Assembly (NCBI GenBank): GCA_025350325.1
Contig: JANXYB010000114.1
Span: 8,438 to 72,437, forward strand
Source: Acidobacteriaceae bacterium
GTDB taxonomy: Bacteria; Acidobacteriota; Terriglobia; Terriglobales; Acidobacteriaceae
Reading direction: 5' to 3'
Length of the DNA stretch: 64,000 nt
Shown here: one piece after another, positions 9,407 through 19,600 of the stretch
Position numbering within the stretch: position 1 is the stretch's first letter
How the letters are laid out: each line of letters begins with the position of its first letter
Notes under the pieces: model-generated
Database searches by the model: none
What the model saw: only the letters and a program-made list of their open reading frames with translations
Told to the model about the DNA's origin: nothing
Position numbers and translations under genes: made by a program

Positions 9407-10021
9407 ATGCAATTCCTCCCCATGGATAATCCTTCCAATCCGGCAAGGCCCTCTCATCGTTCTATAGATAGAGATTCAGGTCATCGCGATGAGGCGAGCA
9501 GAGCCGATACGCAATTGCTTAATCGCGTGAAGTGCAATGATCAGCAGGCCATGAGCGAGCTTTTTGATCGCTATGGGAGCATGGTTTATTCGGTCGCCTT
9601 GCGCGTATTGAACGATACGGGCCAGGCCGAAGACGTGATGCAAGAGATCTTTTTCCAGGTTTGGAGAAGCCCCAGTTCCTTTGTGCAGGGTCGTGGATCG
9701 CTCGGTGCGTGGCTTTCGGTAATGGCGCGCAACCGCTCAATCGATTCAATACGACGCAGGAAACCAACCGATTCAGTAGACGAAGTTGTCTTGACTTCAA
9801 ATACCGACCTGGCTTCTGAAGTTGAACGGAATTCAATGATGGAAAAGGTCAGGGGGATTCTCAACGGCCTGCCATCGGAGCAAAAGAAATCGGTCGAACT
9901 GGCCTTTTTTGAAGGGCTGAGTCATTCAGAAATCGCGGCTAGAACCGGCGACCCACTGGGCACGGTCAAGACGCGGATCAGGTCAGCTCTGCTGAGTTTG
10001 CGAAAGGCGATACAAGCATGA
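9407..10021 (+). CDS. ECF RNA polymerase sigma factor (SigK-like)
   Basis: Region 2 (AEDVMQEIFFQVW, GSLGAWLSVMARNRSID) and region 4 (LAFFEGLSHSEIAARTGDPLGTVKTRIR). Start could be 9422. Confidence 0.92.
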   Translation: MQFLPMDNPSNPARPSHRSIDRDSGHRDEASRADTQLLNRVKCNDQQAMSELFDRYGSMVYSVALRVLNDTGQAEDVMQEIFFQVWRSPSSFVQGRGSLGAWLSVMARNRSIDSIRRRKPTDSVDEVVLTSNTDLASEVERNSMMEKVRGILNGLPSEQKKSVELAFFEGLSHSEIAARTGDPLGTVKTRIRSALLSLRKAIQA

Positions 10022-10836
10022 TGCAAGGCGCGCACATTTCGCAGGAGGATTTAATTCTCTTTGCGATGCAGGCTCTCTCAGAGGGAGAGTCCGCAGCGGT
10101 GCATGCGCATCTTAAACACTGCGACACATGCCCCACGGAACTGGCCCAGATAAATGGCGATCTGGCCCTGGTTGCGATGAGCGTGGAGCAGCATGCGGTG
10201 CCTAAGGGTGCTCGCGAACGCTTTATGAATCGCATCGAAGCGGCACCCAATGAGGAGCAGGAGCTGATTGGGACGCCGGTGGTGGCGATCGATACCATCC
10301 GGACCAGCAGCGGGCCCTCGGTGTGGATACCCTGGATGGCTGTGGCGGCGATGCTGCTGGTGTCAATTCTAATGGGATGGCACATACGCACGCTCAACGA
10401 GGAATTGCGTAGACAGTCGGATGTGTTGGCGACGGAGGCTGCTGCCAATTCTCACGCGCAGGAAGTTTTGCAACTGCTCACCGCGCCGGCTGCGAAGCGC
10501 GTGACGTTGATAACCAGCAAGGCAAAGCCGGTGCCAACGGCGCGGGCTGTCTATCTGGCTGAGAGCGGCGGCTTGATTTTGCAGGCTAACGATCTTGAAC
10601 AACTGGCCGCAGGCACGACCTATGAACTATGGGTTATCCCGGCCAACGGACAAGCTCCGATTCCTGCTGGGCTTTTCAAGCCTGACGCGGCAGGTAGCGC
10701 GAGCGTGGTGTTGCCGCCGCTGCCCAAGGGAGTGCCTGCAAAGGCATTTGGCGTGACGGTTGAGAAGGCGGAGGGATCAGCCGCGCCGACCGCGCCTATA
10801 CTTCTTTCCGGTGCCGTTTCAGCTTCCGGCGAATAA
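10018..10836 (+). CDS. Anti-sigma factor, RskA type (zinc-finger, TM helix, RskA domain)
   Basis: HxxxCxxC (HLKHCDTC), single TM, YELWVIP...PAGLF, FGVTVE. ATGA overlap with the sigma gene. Confidence 0.9.
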   Translation: MMQGAHISQEDLILFAMQALSEGESAAVHAHLKHCDTCPTELAQINGDLALVAMSVEQHAVPKGARERFMNRIEAAPNEEQELIGTPVVAIDTIRTSSGPSVWIPWMAVAAMLLVSILMGWHIRTLNEELRRQSDVLATEAAANSHAQEVLQLLTAPAAKRVTLITSKAKPVPTARAVYLAESGGLILQANDLEQLAAGTTYELWVIPANGQAPIPAGLFKPDAAGSASVVLPPLPKGVPAKAFGVTVEKAEGSAAPTAPILLSGAVSASGE

Positions 10837-10930
10837 TCGAAATAAGGTTCTCAAGGTCGGCGGCGCGATGCAGCCGCGCACTTGCGTTTGTACAGGCGGC
10901 TGGAAAGAAATCTCCCACAGGTGGAAGACG

Positions 10931-11106
10931 ATGAAGATGCATACGTATCTGAACTATGGCGGCAACTGCGCGGAGGCGTTCCGCTTTTACGATTCATGCC
11001 GATGCGGGAGACCTTTTTCGCAACGAAGTTTGCCCAGTTGCGTGATCGCTTTGGCACATCGTGGATGATCATTCACGAACGGCCCATGCCGCCGCAAAAA
11101 GGCTGA
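10931..11106 (+). pseudogene. VOC/PhnB-family gene remnant with a large internal deletion and frameshift
   Basis: MKMHTYLNYGGNCAEAFRFY (frame of 10931) is joined at about 10991-10993 to a different frame encoding FMPMRETFFATKFAQLRDRFGTSWMIIHERP*. These match the N- and C-terminal ends of PhnB-type VOC proteins; the middle is missing. Confidence 0.85.
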
Positions 11107-11195
11107 ATGGGGTCAATTCGAACGCAAATTTGAGGCGATGACAGGTTTACTCCAGCCGACAGGAAGTCTGATAGCTTGGGTCTGGACGTGCATAA

Positions 11196-12350
11196 ATGCC
11201 TCGAATCCGTTGTTTCGCCTTTGCTCTCGCTTTAGCCCTTCCTGCTGGATGCGCGGCTGCGGCCCTTGCGCAGCAAATGCCGGTGGTGTGCGGGTATATC
11301 TTCCCGCGCAGCGCACTGCTGCAACCGGGGCAGATTGACGCGCACAGCATGACGCGTATCAATTACGCATTCGCAAACGTCAACGGCGGGCGCATGATTC
11401 TTGGCGTTCCTGAGGACGCACAAAACCTTGCACAGGTGACGGCTCTACGGCGACAAAATCCATCGCTCACCGTGCTGATCTCCGTCGGCGGATGGCTGTG
11501 GTCGACGCATTTCTCTGACATATCGCTTACGCCGCAGAGCAGAGCCATTTTTATCCAGAGCGTGATGGATTTTTTGAAACTTTACGATCTGGATGGCCTG
11601 GATGTGGACTGGGAATACCCCGGGATGGCGGGGTCGGGTCATCCCTTTCGTAAAGAAGACGGAAGGAACTTTACCGCGCTGCTGAAAGAACTGCGGGAGA
11701 GATTTGACAGGGAGACAGCGAAGACGCACAAGCGGCTTTATCTGACGATCGCGGCTGGCGCTTCAGACGAGTTCTTAGAGCACACCGAGATGGCCAAAGT
11801 GCAGCGATACGTAGATACAGTCAACCTGATGACGTATGACTATTATGAAGCCGGCTCAGATGCGAGCACCGGGCATCATGCTCCACTGTTTCAAAACCCT
11901 GCCGACCCTAAGAAAGTATCGGCGGACGAGTCGGTAAAGGCTTTTGAAAAGGCTGGAGTGCCGGCGGGGAAGATCTTGCTGGGCGTGCCGTTTTATGGAC
12001 GCATGTGGGGCGAAGTGCAGACTCGGAATCACGGCCTCTTCCAACCCGGCAAACTGGTGCCGAATGCGTATACGCCCTACAGCCTTATTGAAGGCAGTCT
12101 GTTGAGGCAGGGTTTCACGCGCTACTGGGATGGGGCAGCGGCTGCGCCCTACTTATACAGCGAAAGCAAACGGCAGTTCGTATCGTACGAAGACCCGGAA
12201 TCGCTCGCGCGGAAGTGTAAGTACGTGGTAACCCAAAAGCTGGGCGGAGTTATGTTCTGGGAGTACTCCGGCGACTCAAGCGGGAAGCTTTTGGGAGTTA
12301 TTGACGCTGCACTTATCAAGCCTGCCGGCGAAGGAACACGAAAGAAGTAG
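11196..12350 (+). CDS. Secreted glycoside hydrolase family 18 chitinase
   Basis: Signal peptide, LISVGGW, catalytic DxxDxDxE (LDGLDVDWE), MTYDY, GVPFYGR, GGVMFWEY. Confidence 0.95.
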   Translation: MPRIRCFAFALALALPAGCAAAALAQQMPVVCGYIFPRSALLQPGQIDAHSMTRINYAFANVNGGRMILGVPEDAQNLAQVTALRRQNPSLTVLISVGGWLWSTHFSDISLTPQSRAIFIQSVMDFLKLYDLDGLDVDWEYPGMAGSGHPFRKEDGRNFTALLKELRERFDRETAKTHKRLYLTIAAGASDEFLEHTEMAKVQRYVDTVNLMTYDYYEAGSDASTGHHAPLFQNPADPKKVSADESVKAFEKAGVPAGKILLGVPFYGRMWGEVQTRNHGLFQPGKLVPNAYTPYSLIEGSLLRQGFTRYWDGAAAAPYLYSESKRQFVSYEDPESLARKCKYVVTQKLGGVMFWEYSGDSSGKLLGVIDAALIKPAGEGTRKK

Positions 12351-12369
12351 CGCAATCAGGTCGGGCTCG

Positions 12370-13344
12370 CTATTCACCTGGAAAGCGAACACGGAGTGCG
12401 GCGCGAGCTGATTCGAGCAGGCGGGCCATGTCGAGCGACAGGGCATGGGTGATTTCGGGGCTTTCGCGCTGGCAATGGCGAATCAGATCGCAGAAATGCG
12501 AAGTCTCGTAATTGAATCCGCCGGCAGTAAACGGCTCGTGCAGTTCTATCCTGCGTCTATCGATGTAATGAATCGTTGCGCGGGTCGGGTTCCACCAATT
12601 TGGGTGCAGGATTACGTAGCCACGCGGGCCGCTCAGTAGCGCATCGCCCAAACTCATGAGATCGAGCCCGGTGTGAAGCTGCGCCATGCCGCGTTCGTGT
12701 TCCGACTGAAAAAGCGCGAAAGCATCGACCCCAGACACCGCCAGGCGGCCCATGGTCTGCACGCGCTTGAGAGGGCCGAGCCAATCGAGGGCAAGGAACG
12801 CTTCGTAGGGACCGATGCCCATGATGCCGCCGCCGCCAAGTTCTGAAAAACGCAATGGGTAGTCCGGCGGTAGAGAAGCGTCGCAGTGACCCGCACGAAC
12901 GAATCCGACCGAGCCAATGGGGTCAGCCAGCAGATGTTCGCGAAGACGCCTGTAGAGAGGAAAGAAGGGCGGCTTCATCGCTTCCATAAAGAGCCGGTCA
13001 TGAGAGCGGGCGGCGCTGAGCACCCGCTGCAACTGCGCAATATTGAGAGCGGCAGGCTTTTCGCAGAGCACGTGTTTTCCGGCTGCCAAGGCTTTGAGGC
13101 AGATTTCGGCGTGGGAGTCGGGGTGGGTAGCGACGTAGATGGCGTCGACGTCGGCGGCATTGAGCTCATCGAGCGTGGTACAGAGGTTCGCCACTTGGAA
13201 GCGTTGCGCGTATGCTTGCGCGCGATCTGGTCTGCGACCCCAGACTGCGGTGAGAGTAGCAGCGTCGACTGCTTTGAGGCCCTCAGCGAAGCGCTCGGCG
13301 GCGCGGCCTGGACCGGCGACCCCCCATCGAATGATTCTCTTCAT
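12370..13344 (-). CDS. Gfo/Idh/MocA family oxidoreductase
   Basis: Start reset to MKRIIRWG (ATG 13344); IYVATHPDSH, HVLCEKP. The longer ORF in the track overlaps dapD. Confidence 0.9.
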   Translation of the reverse strand: MKRIIRWGVAGPGRAAERFAEGLKAVDAATLTAVWGRRPDRAQAYAQRFQVANLCTTLDELNAADVDAIYVATHPDSHAEICLKALAAGKHVLCEKPAALNIAQLQRVLSAARSHDRLFMEAMKPPFFPLYRRLREHLLADPIGSVGFVRAGHCDASLPPDYPLRFSELGGGGIMGIGPYEAFLALDWLGPLKRVQTMGRLAVSGVDAFALFQSEHERGMAQLHTGLDLMSLGDALLSGPRGYVILHPNWWNPTRATIHYIDRRRIELHEPFTAGGFNYETSHFCDLIRHCQRESPEITHALSLDMARLLESARAALRVRFPGE

Positions 13345-13447
13345 AGTCTTATCGTCTTGTTTTGTGGGTGGGCCATGAGTCTTACTGCCACGTCGCCTTT
13401 GTGCTGGTTTGGGATGCGAAAGATTTCCGGATGCGAACCCGGGTGCC

Positions 13448-14296
13448 TCAACGCAGCAAGTCTTCGAGGGTGGTGCTGAGATCGGTCTTTTCGTCGCGGT
13501 ATTTGACGATGACGGGGCAGTAAAGATTGAGGCCCCATTCCCGGCCCTTGCCTTTGGAGACGGCACGGGAGCCCGGCACAACCACTGCATTGTCGGGGAT
13601 TATGAGGGGCATTTTGGCGGAGGCTCGCAAAATAGTCCCGTTAATCAGATCGAACACAGGAGTGCCTCGGGTGAGAATGGTGCCGGGGGCCAGGACCGCA
13701 CCTTTTCGCACAATGGTGCCCTCGTACACGCCGCAGTTTCCGCCGACGAGCACGTCGTCTTCAATAATCACCGGACTGGCGTTGATGGGCTCAAGGACTC
13801 CGCCGATTTGGGCAGCGGCGCTGAGGTGGACACGCTTGCCAATCTGCGCGCACGAGCCTACCAAGGCATGGGAATCGACCATCGTCCCTTCGTCGACCCA
13901 GGCGCCAGCATTGATGTACATGGGTGGTGCGCACACGACGCCACGTGCGACGTAGGCGCCGGCGCGCACCGAAGAACCGCCGAGCACGATCCGAATTCCG
14001 TCGCTCGAAGTAAAGTTCTGGAGCGGAAAGGTGTGCTTGTCTACGAAGGAGAGAACGCCGGCAGAGTAATCCTTTAGCGTACCGAGACGGAAGCCTAGCA
14101 GTATGCCTTGTTTCACCCAGGTATTGACGCGCCAGCCGGTAGGGGACGCGGCATCTGGCGCAGCCGAGCGGGCTTCTCCGCGCTCGAGGGCAGCTCTGAA
14201 ATCGAGGAACACTTGCATGGCGGCGGGATCGGCGATGGCTGTTTCGCCGGCTGCAAAATAGTGCTCAACAGCCTCTTGAAGTTGTGCGATGGTCAT
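13448..14296 (-). CDS. dapD: 2,3,4,5-tetrahydropyridine-2,6-dicarboxylate N-succinyltransferase
   Basis: WRVNTWVKQGILLGFR, GAWVDEGTMVD, GSCAQIGKRVHLS, IGGVLEP, IIEDDVLVG. Start reset to ATG 14296. Confidence 0.95.
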   Translation of the reverse strand: MTIAQLQEAVEHYFAAGETAIADPAAMQVFLDFRAALERGEARSAAPDAASPTGWRVNTWVKQGILLGFRLGTLKDYSAGVLSFVDKHTFPLQNFTSSDGIRIVLGGSSVRAGAYVARGVVCAPPMYINAGAWVDEGTMVDSHALVGSCAQIGKRVHLSAAAQIGGVLEPINASPVIIEDDVLVGGNCGVYEGTIVRKGAVLAPGTILTRGTPVFDLINGTILRASAKMPLIIPDNAVVVPGSRAVSKGKGREWGLNLYCPVIVKYRDEKTDLSTTLEDLLR

Positions 14297-14461
14297 TGCA
14301 TGTGAGTCTATCAATTGAGCGTGGATACCAGCGGAGTTGCGGGCGGGACGGAGGGGAGTCCAGGCCGCGCGGATGCGAGGCCCGCCCCAAAGCAGGATTA
14401 GATTTGATGGTTTGCCACAGCGCACACCCGCACTGCAGTGGCCGCAGTCGCAGTAGGCAAC

Positions 14462-14800
14462 CTAGTTTGCGGTTACGGGTAGTTTTGGCCGCACGCGGTT
14501 TGTAGCCGACATAGGCTGCAATTGGAAAGAATTGTCGTCGGCCGGAATCATTGCCATCGAGATCGAAGCGCGGTCGGTCTCTGAATAGGGATGTCGCGAA
14601 TCGAGCCAGGCGCACAAGCGAGGGTCGTATATGTCCGGCTGTCCGTGCCAGAAATCAGCTTTGAGACCACACTGGATTCTGAGATGCCCGAGTTGCAGTT
14701 CGATTGCCTGTGTGCCTTTGGGAAAATATCTTCGCACGTTACTTACGCCGACGTGCAAACCGATGATGCCGCGACCTTTGCTCTGAGTTTTTACCACCAT
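14462..14800 (-). CDS. Hypothetical protein (112 aa)
   Basis: Globular-looking ORF with GAGG-like RBS between dapD and neuC; no motif recognised. Confidence 0.6.
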   Translation of the reverse strand: MVVKTQSKGRGIIGLHVGVSNVRRYFPKGTQAIELQLGHLRIQCGLKADFWHGQPDIYDPRLCAWLDSRHPYSETDRASISMAMIPADDNSFQLQPMSATNRVRPKLPVTAN

Positions 14801-15098
14801 GAGGCACCTGTTCTTCTAGATCGGATGATCGTAGAGGGCGAAGAGCCAGCAGTCCGAAATTTCAAATTAAGACTGTGCGACTCCCTCAATGGGGAAATTA
14901 GGCCGATAAGTCCCAAATTGGACAGAAAATAGATGATGTCTGTCTGCTTGCTGACATCGTCAGATTAAGCTCGGGGTTCGATTAACTTCAGACGGGGCAA
15001 CCGCTCTCTATGTGTCCGTAGTGACGAGGATGCATGAAGTTGATCGAAGGTTTGATGAAGATAATATTTTTATTTCGGAAATATTGGGACTCGGGGAA

Positions 15099-16319
15099 TC
15101 AAGGCTTCGCTGACCGGGGAAGCGGCGTGGGCTGCTTGACGAGCAAGTTGTCGAGCGAGACTGACGTAAGGACGCGCACAATGGACTTGGCGGCGGTCCC
15201 ACTGCCGTAAGGGTTAATCATGCCATGCAGGCGCTTTCTGAACGATGGATTGAGGGCGCGCTTGACTGCAGCGGCGATCAAATGGGAATCGGCAGGAGTG
15301 TCAATAATGTTGCGGGCGCGTTCACGGCCTTGCTGGCGAATGCCCACGTTGACTACAGGCAGGCCAAAGCTGGCCGCTTCCATGATGCCGCTCGACGAAT
15401 TGCCCACCATGGCGTCGACTTGGCCGAGCAGACTGCAATACGTAACCACATCGAGGTTTACGAAGATATAGGTATCTAGCCGCTTGAGAGCGAGAGACTT
15501 GGCGCGTTCAATGAACGAGTGGCTGCCGGCATCCGAATTGGGATACACGAATAGAAGCTGTCCTGGAATCGTTGCCAATGCGCTAAAGAGGGAGTCGGCC
15601 TCCTGCGTTGTGTCGCGAAGAATGGTTACCGGGTGCCAGGCCGCAAGAATGGTTGGCGAGGAAAAGCGAATGCCCAGGCGCGATTCCAGAGCGGCGTGGT
15701 CAAGCAACTTTGAACGCCGCAAGTGATCGAGCGATGGCGCGCCAACGTGGTGCACGCGCCAGGGTTCTTCTCCCATAAAAATCACGCGACGCCGCGCTGT
15801 GTCTGTCGAAGTGAAATGGATATGCGCCAGCTTGGTCAGCGCATTGCGCACATGGTCATCGATGGCGCCCTGGCTGATTTCTCCGCCCTCAATATGCGCG
15901 ATAGGAATCCGTAAGGCAAGAGCAACGGAGGCCGGCGCCAGCATTTCATAGCGATCGGCGATAAGCAGCAACAAGTCGGGCCGCCAGGCGGCGAACGCGT
16001 CGGCAAGCCCCAGTATTGCAACGCCAATAGTCTTGGCCATGCCTATATCGCTGTCGGAACTGAGCAGACACTCAATGCGTGTTTTGATTGGAAAGCCATC
16101 GCGCTCTATTTCAGCGATCGTATTGCCATAGCCTGGGGAGAGATGAGGGCCGATGGCGATGACGCCCAATTCAACATCGGGATGCGCGGCCAGTTCGCGC
16201 AAAACCCAGTAGAGATGGCTGTAGTCGGCGCGCGAGGTAGTGACTACGCCGATGCGCCGCTTGGGTCGATTGATATTCACGGCCTGCTTCTTAACATGAA
16301 TGACCGGGGCGCGAGACAT
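15099..16319 (-). CDS. neuC: UDP-N-acetylglucosamine 2-epimerase, hydrolysing (NeuC type)
   Basis: VVTTSRADY, ADRYE, HIEGGEISQGAIDDHVRNALTKLAHIHF, VGNSSSGIMEA, VNVGIRQQGR, NPYGSG. Start uncertain (ATG 16319 or GTG 16280). Confidence 0.88.
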   Translation of the reverse strand: MSRAPVIHVKKQAVNINRPKRRIGVVTTSRADYSHLYWVLRELAAHPDVELGVIAIGPHLSPGYGNTIAEIERDGFPIKTRIECLLSSDSDIGMAKTIGVAILGLADAFAAWRPDLLLLIADRYEMLAPASVALALRIPIAHIEGGEISQGAIDDHVRNALTKLAHIHFTSTDTARRRVIFMGEEPWRVHHVGAPSLDHLRRSKLLDHAALESRLGIRFSSPTILAAWHPVTILRDTTQEADSLFSALATIPGQLLFVYPNSDAGSHSFIERAKSLALKRLDTYIFVNLDVVTYCSLLGQVDAMVGNSSSGIMEAASFGLPVVNVGIRQQGRERARNIIDTPADSHLIAAAVKRALNPSFRKRLHGMINPYGSGTAAKSIVRVLTSVSLDNLLVKQPTPLPRSAKP

Positions 16320-16556
16320 CGAGTCTGCAGCCAGGAAGAATGCAGTGATGTTGTTCTTAGGAGACGCCAAAAACCTGCGCAAGTCTATGGTTTCGAGGGA
16401 AGCGATCACAGATGCCAGTATAGATTGCGCTGCAATGGTGGTATGTGTGGGCGCGGTATAGTCTGACGTTGTTCGGGTTCAGTCGCGGTCTGCTGCTTGC
16501 GGCCTTCGCACCACAAGAAGAAGCAGGTGCTTAAGTTTGTGCGATGAAAGAGGGGC

Positions 16557-16572
16557 TGGCACTCAGGATGCG
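16557..16572 (+). promoter_or_regulatory. Candidate sigma54 (-24/-12) promoter
   Basis: TGGCACTCAGGATGCG: GG at 16558-59 and GC at 16570-71 (exact 12-nt offset), a perfect TGGCAC half, 60 nt upstream of the 16633 ORF. Confidence 0.5.
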
Positions 16573-16632
16573 TACGGCGTGGCGTCTCGCTTACACTGAA
16601 AGTTCCGCGCCAAAATAAAGGTTTATAGCGCG

Positions 16633-19600
16633 TTGCTTGGAGCAGGATTGGGTAAGACGTTCATTGAAATCGGCAAGTACGTTGCTCTGATGCTGCTGGC
16701 GGCCGGGTCATTGGTTGAGGCGCAGTCCCGCTTCGATGTGGAAGCGGTGCGCCTCAATAATCGCGGTGTGGCGCAGATGGGGCAGCAGTTCACTGAGAAA
16801 GCGGCACAGAGTTTTGCAGATGCATTAAAAAAAGACCCTAAACTTGCCCAGGCGGCCGTCAACGACGGCATTGCATTGATGACGTTGCAGAAGCTCGACG
16901 AGGCTAAGCAAGCGCTCAACGAAGCAATCGCACTCGATGCCAAGAGCGCACAAGCGTGGTACAACCTGGGTCTCGCGCAGCACGCGAACAACGAACTGGA
17001 TGCTGCGCTGGCCAGCTTCCAGCATGCCGTGAAGCTAGATCCCCGTGACGCGGACTCGCTGTATTTCGAAGGCGTCTGCTATCGAGAAATGAAGCAGTTT
17101 GACAAAGCCATTGAAGCGCTCAAGCAGGCGCTGGCGATCAACCCTCTGCACGCCTCTTCTGAATTTGCGCTGGCGCGCGTTCTGCAGGCTTCCGGCAATA
17201 AGGAAGATGCGAAAACCCATTTCAAACTTTTTCAGCACATGACGAGCACTAAGATTTCCGCAGCCATTGGATTGGCTTACGGAGAGCAGGGCCACTATTC
17301 AACGGTCACGCCCGTTGAGGAGCCGCAGACGCGTGAGCAGGGCATGATTCCGGTAAAGCTGGTGGCGCGGAGCATGATTGTTGACAAGCGCGGGTCAAGC
17401 GAAACGGGCGGCGCCTGCATGATAGACGCGACAGGTTCGGGGCAGATGGATTTGGTGCTTATGGAATCAGGTGCGCAAGCTATCCGCGTGCTTCATCGAC
17501 GTGGCGACGGGACGTTTGAAGACCTCGATGCGGAGGCATCCGGGCTGAAGGCAGCGGGTCATGCGGTGGCGTGCGCGGTGGGAGATTACGATGCCGATAA
17601 TCTGAATGATCTGGCCGTGGCGCTCGATGACAAGGTGCTACTGTTTCGCAATCTTGGAAAGGGAAAATTTCAAGATGTGACGGGGGAATCCGGGCTGGCC
17701 CCGCGCAATAACCCCGCAGGCATTACTTTTGTCGACTACGATCACGACGGCGATCTTGACCTGCTGTTGACGGGCGCACCCGGCAAAGAGGGTGAGACGC
17801 CCAACGTGCTGTGGCGCAACAACGGCAACAAGACTTTCACCGAGTGGACGGAACCGACTGGATTGGGAGGCAGCGGCAAGACGGCCGCCGCAATCCTTAC
17901 TGACTTTAATAATGATCGTGCTGTAGATATAGCAGTCACTAGCGACGGTGAGACGCCTCTGTTATTTGTCAATCCACGCGAAGGGAAATATCCCACGCAA
18001 GCTCTTTTTGAAAAAGAGAAACTGCCGCCGACGCTGGGAATTGCCGTGCTCGATTTCAATAAGGACGGCTGGATGGATATAGCGGTCACACACGCTGGCG
18101 CGCCGGGTCTTACACTATGGCGCAATGTCACCGGCCCGGAAAACATAGGGCGCAGATTTGAACGTGTAGCATTGCCGCTCAACGGTGTGTCGCGCGGATG
18201 GGGCGTGACCCCGATCGATATAGATAATGACGGATGGATCGACCTGGCTGCGATCGTAGACACCAGTGCAGGGCCGCGCGTGAAGGTGCTGCGCAACCGG
18301 GGAGACGGCAGCTTTGAAGACGTGAGTCATGCGCTGGGGCTGGACAGCGTGGTGCTGCACGCGCCGCGCGGACTGATTGCGGCAGATGTGGATGGCGACG
18401 GTGCGGCGGACTTGATTGTGACGCAACTCAACGCACCGCCTGTCTTGCTGAAGAATGTAGGCGCGAACAAAAACCATTTTGTGCGGCTCGACTTGAGCGG
18501 CTACGCAGACAACAAAACTGCGTTGGGAGCGAAGGTTGAAGTTTTCGCTAACGGGCAATGGCAGAAGTGGGAACTGGCCGGAGCATCGGGATATCAGACG
18601 CAGGCGCCGCCGCAGCTTCTTGTCGGACTCGGTAAGGCTGAAGGGATCGACCTGCTGCGTATTTTGTGGCCAACGGGAGTTTTGCAGGATGAGATTGATT
18701 TGCCGCACACGCCAACGATTGCGATGAAAGAGGCAGACCGGCGCGGTAGTTCGTGCCCGGTGTTGTTTGCTTGGGATGGGCATAAATACAGGCTCGTGAC
18801 TGACATCATCGGCGCAGCGGTGGTCGGGCACTGGTTCACGCCGACACGCCGTAATACACCCAACCCGGGCGAATGGATCAAGGTTGACGGCGAAAAGCTT
18901 GCCGCGGTCGATGGCAAGATGAGCCTGCGTTTTATCGAGCCGATGGAAGAGGTCAACTACATCGATCAGTTGCGATTGGTGGCGGTGGACCATCCTGACA
19001 GCGCAGAGGTCAATCCGGATGAGCGGTTCCTCGATGATCCGCCGTTTGCTTCGGGACGCGTGGTTGCATCGGCTGGGGCACGGCTGCCTCGGGGCGCGTG
19101 GGACGGTGACGGGAACGACGTGCTCGATCAGTTGAGTCGCAGCGATCACAAATTCGCCAGCGGATTCACACCGACGCCCTATGATGGCATTGCGAATGTG
19201 CATGCGCTGACGCTTGATTTAGGCGACGTGCGCGAGGGAGCGCCCCTGCGCCTGCTGATGACGGGGTACGTGAATTATTTCAGCGCAACGTCTCTTTACG
19301 GTGCGTGGCAGGCGGGTATCAAGCCCATTTCACCCTACGTTGAGGCGCAGACGGCAGATGGCAAGTGGCAAAGAATTCCGGGCGAAGCCGGATTTCCGGC
19401 AGGGCTTGAACGCACCATCGTCGTGGACCTGAGCGGTAGGCTGCCTGCGCACACGCGGCGCATTCGGCTGGTGAGCAACCTTGAAATTTATTGGGACCAG
19501 GTGCTGATCGATAACAGTGCTGAAGCTGAGGCGCGAACCACCGAGCTGCCGCTGTCGGTCGCCCGAGAACACTTCCGCGGCTATCCCAAACAGATTGACG

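Noticed and set aside
14297-14461. Lysine riboswitch upstream of dapD
   Set aside because: No AGAGGUGC-type 5' motif or multi-stem pattern on the minus strand.
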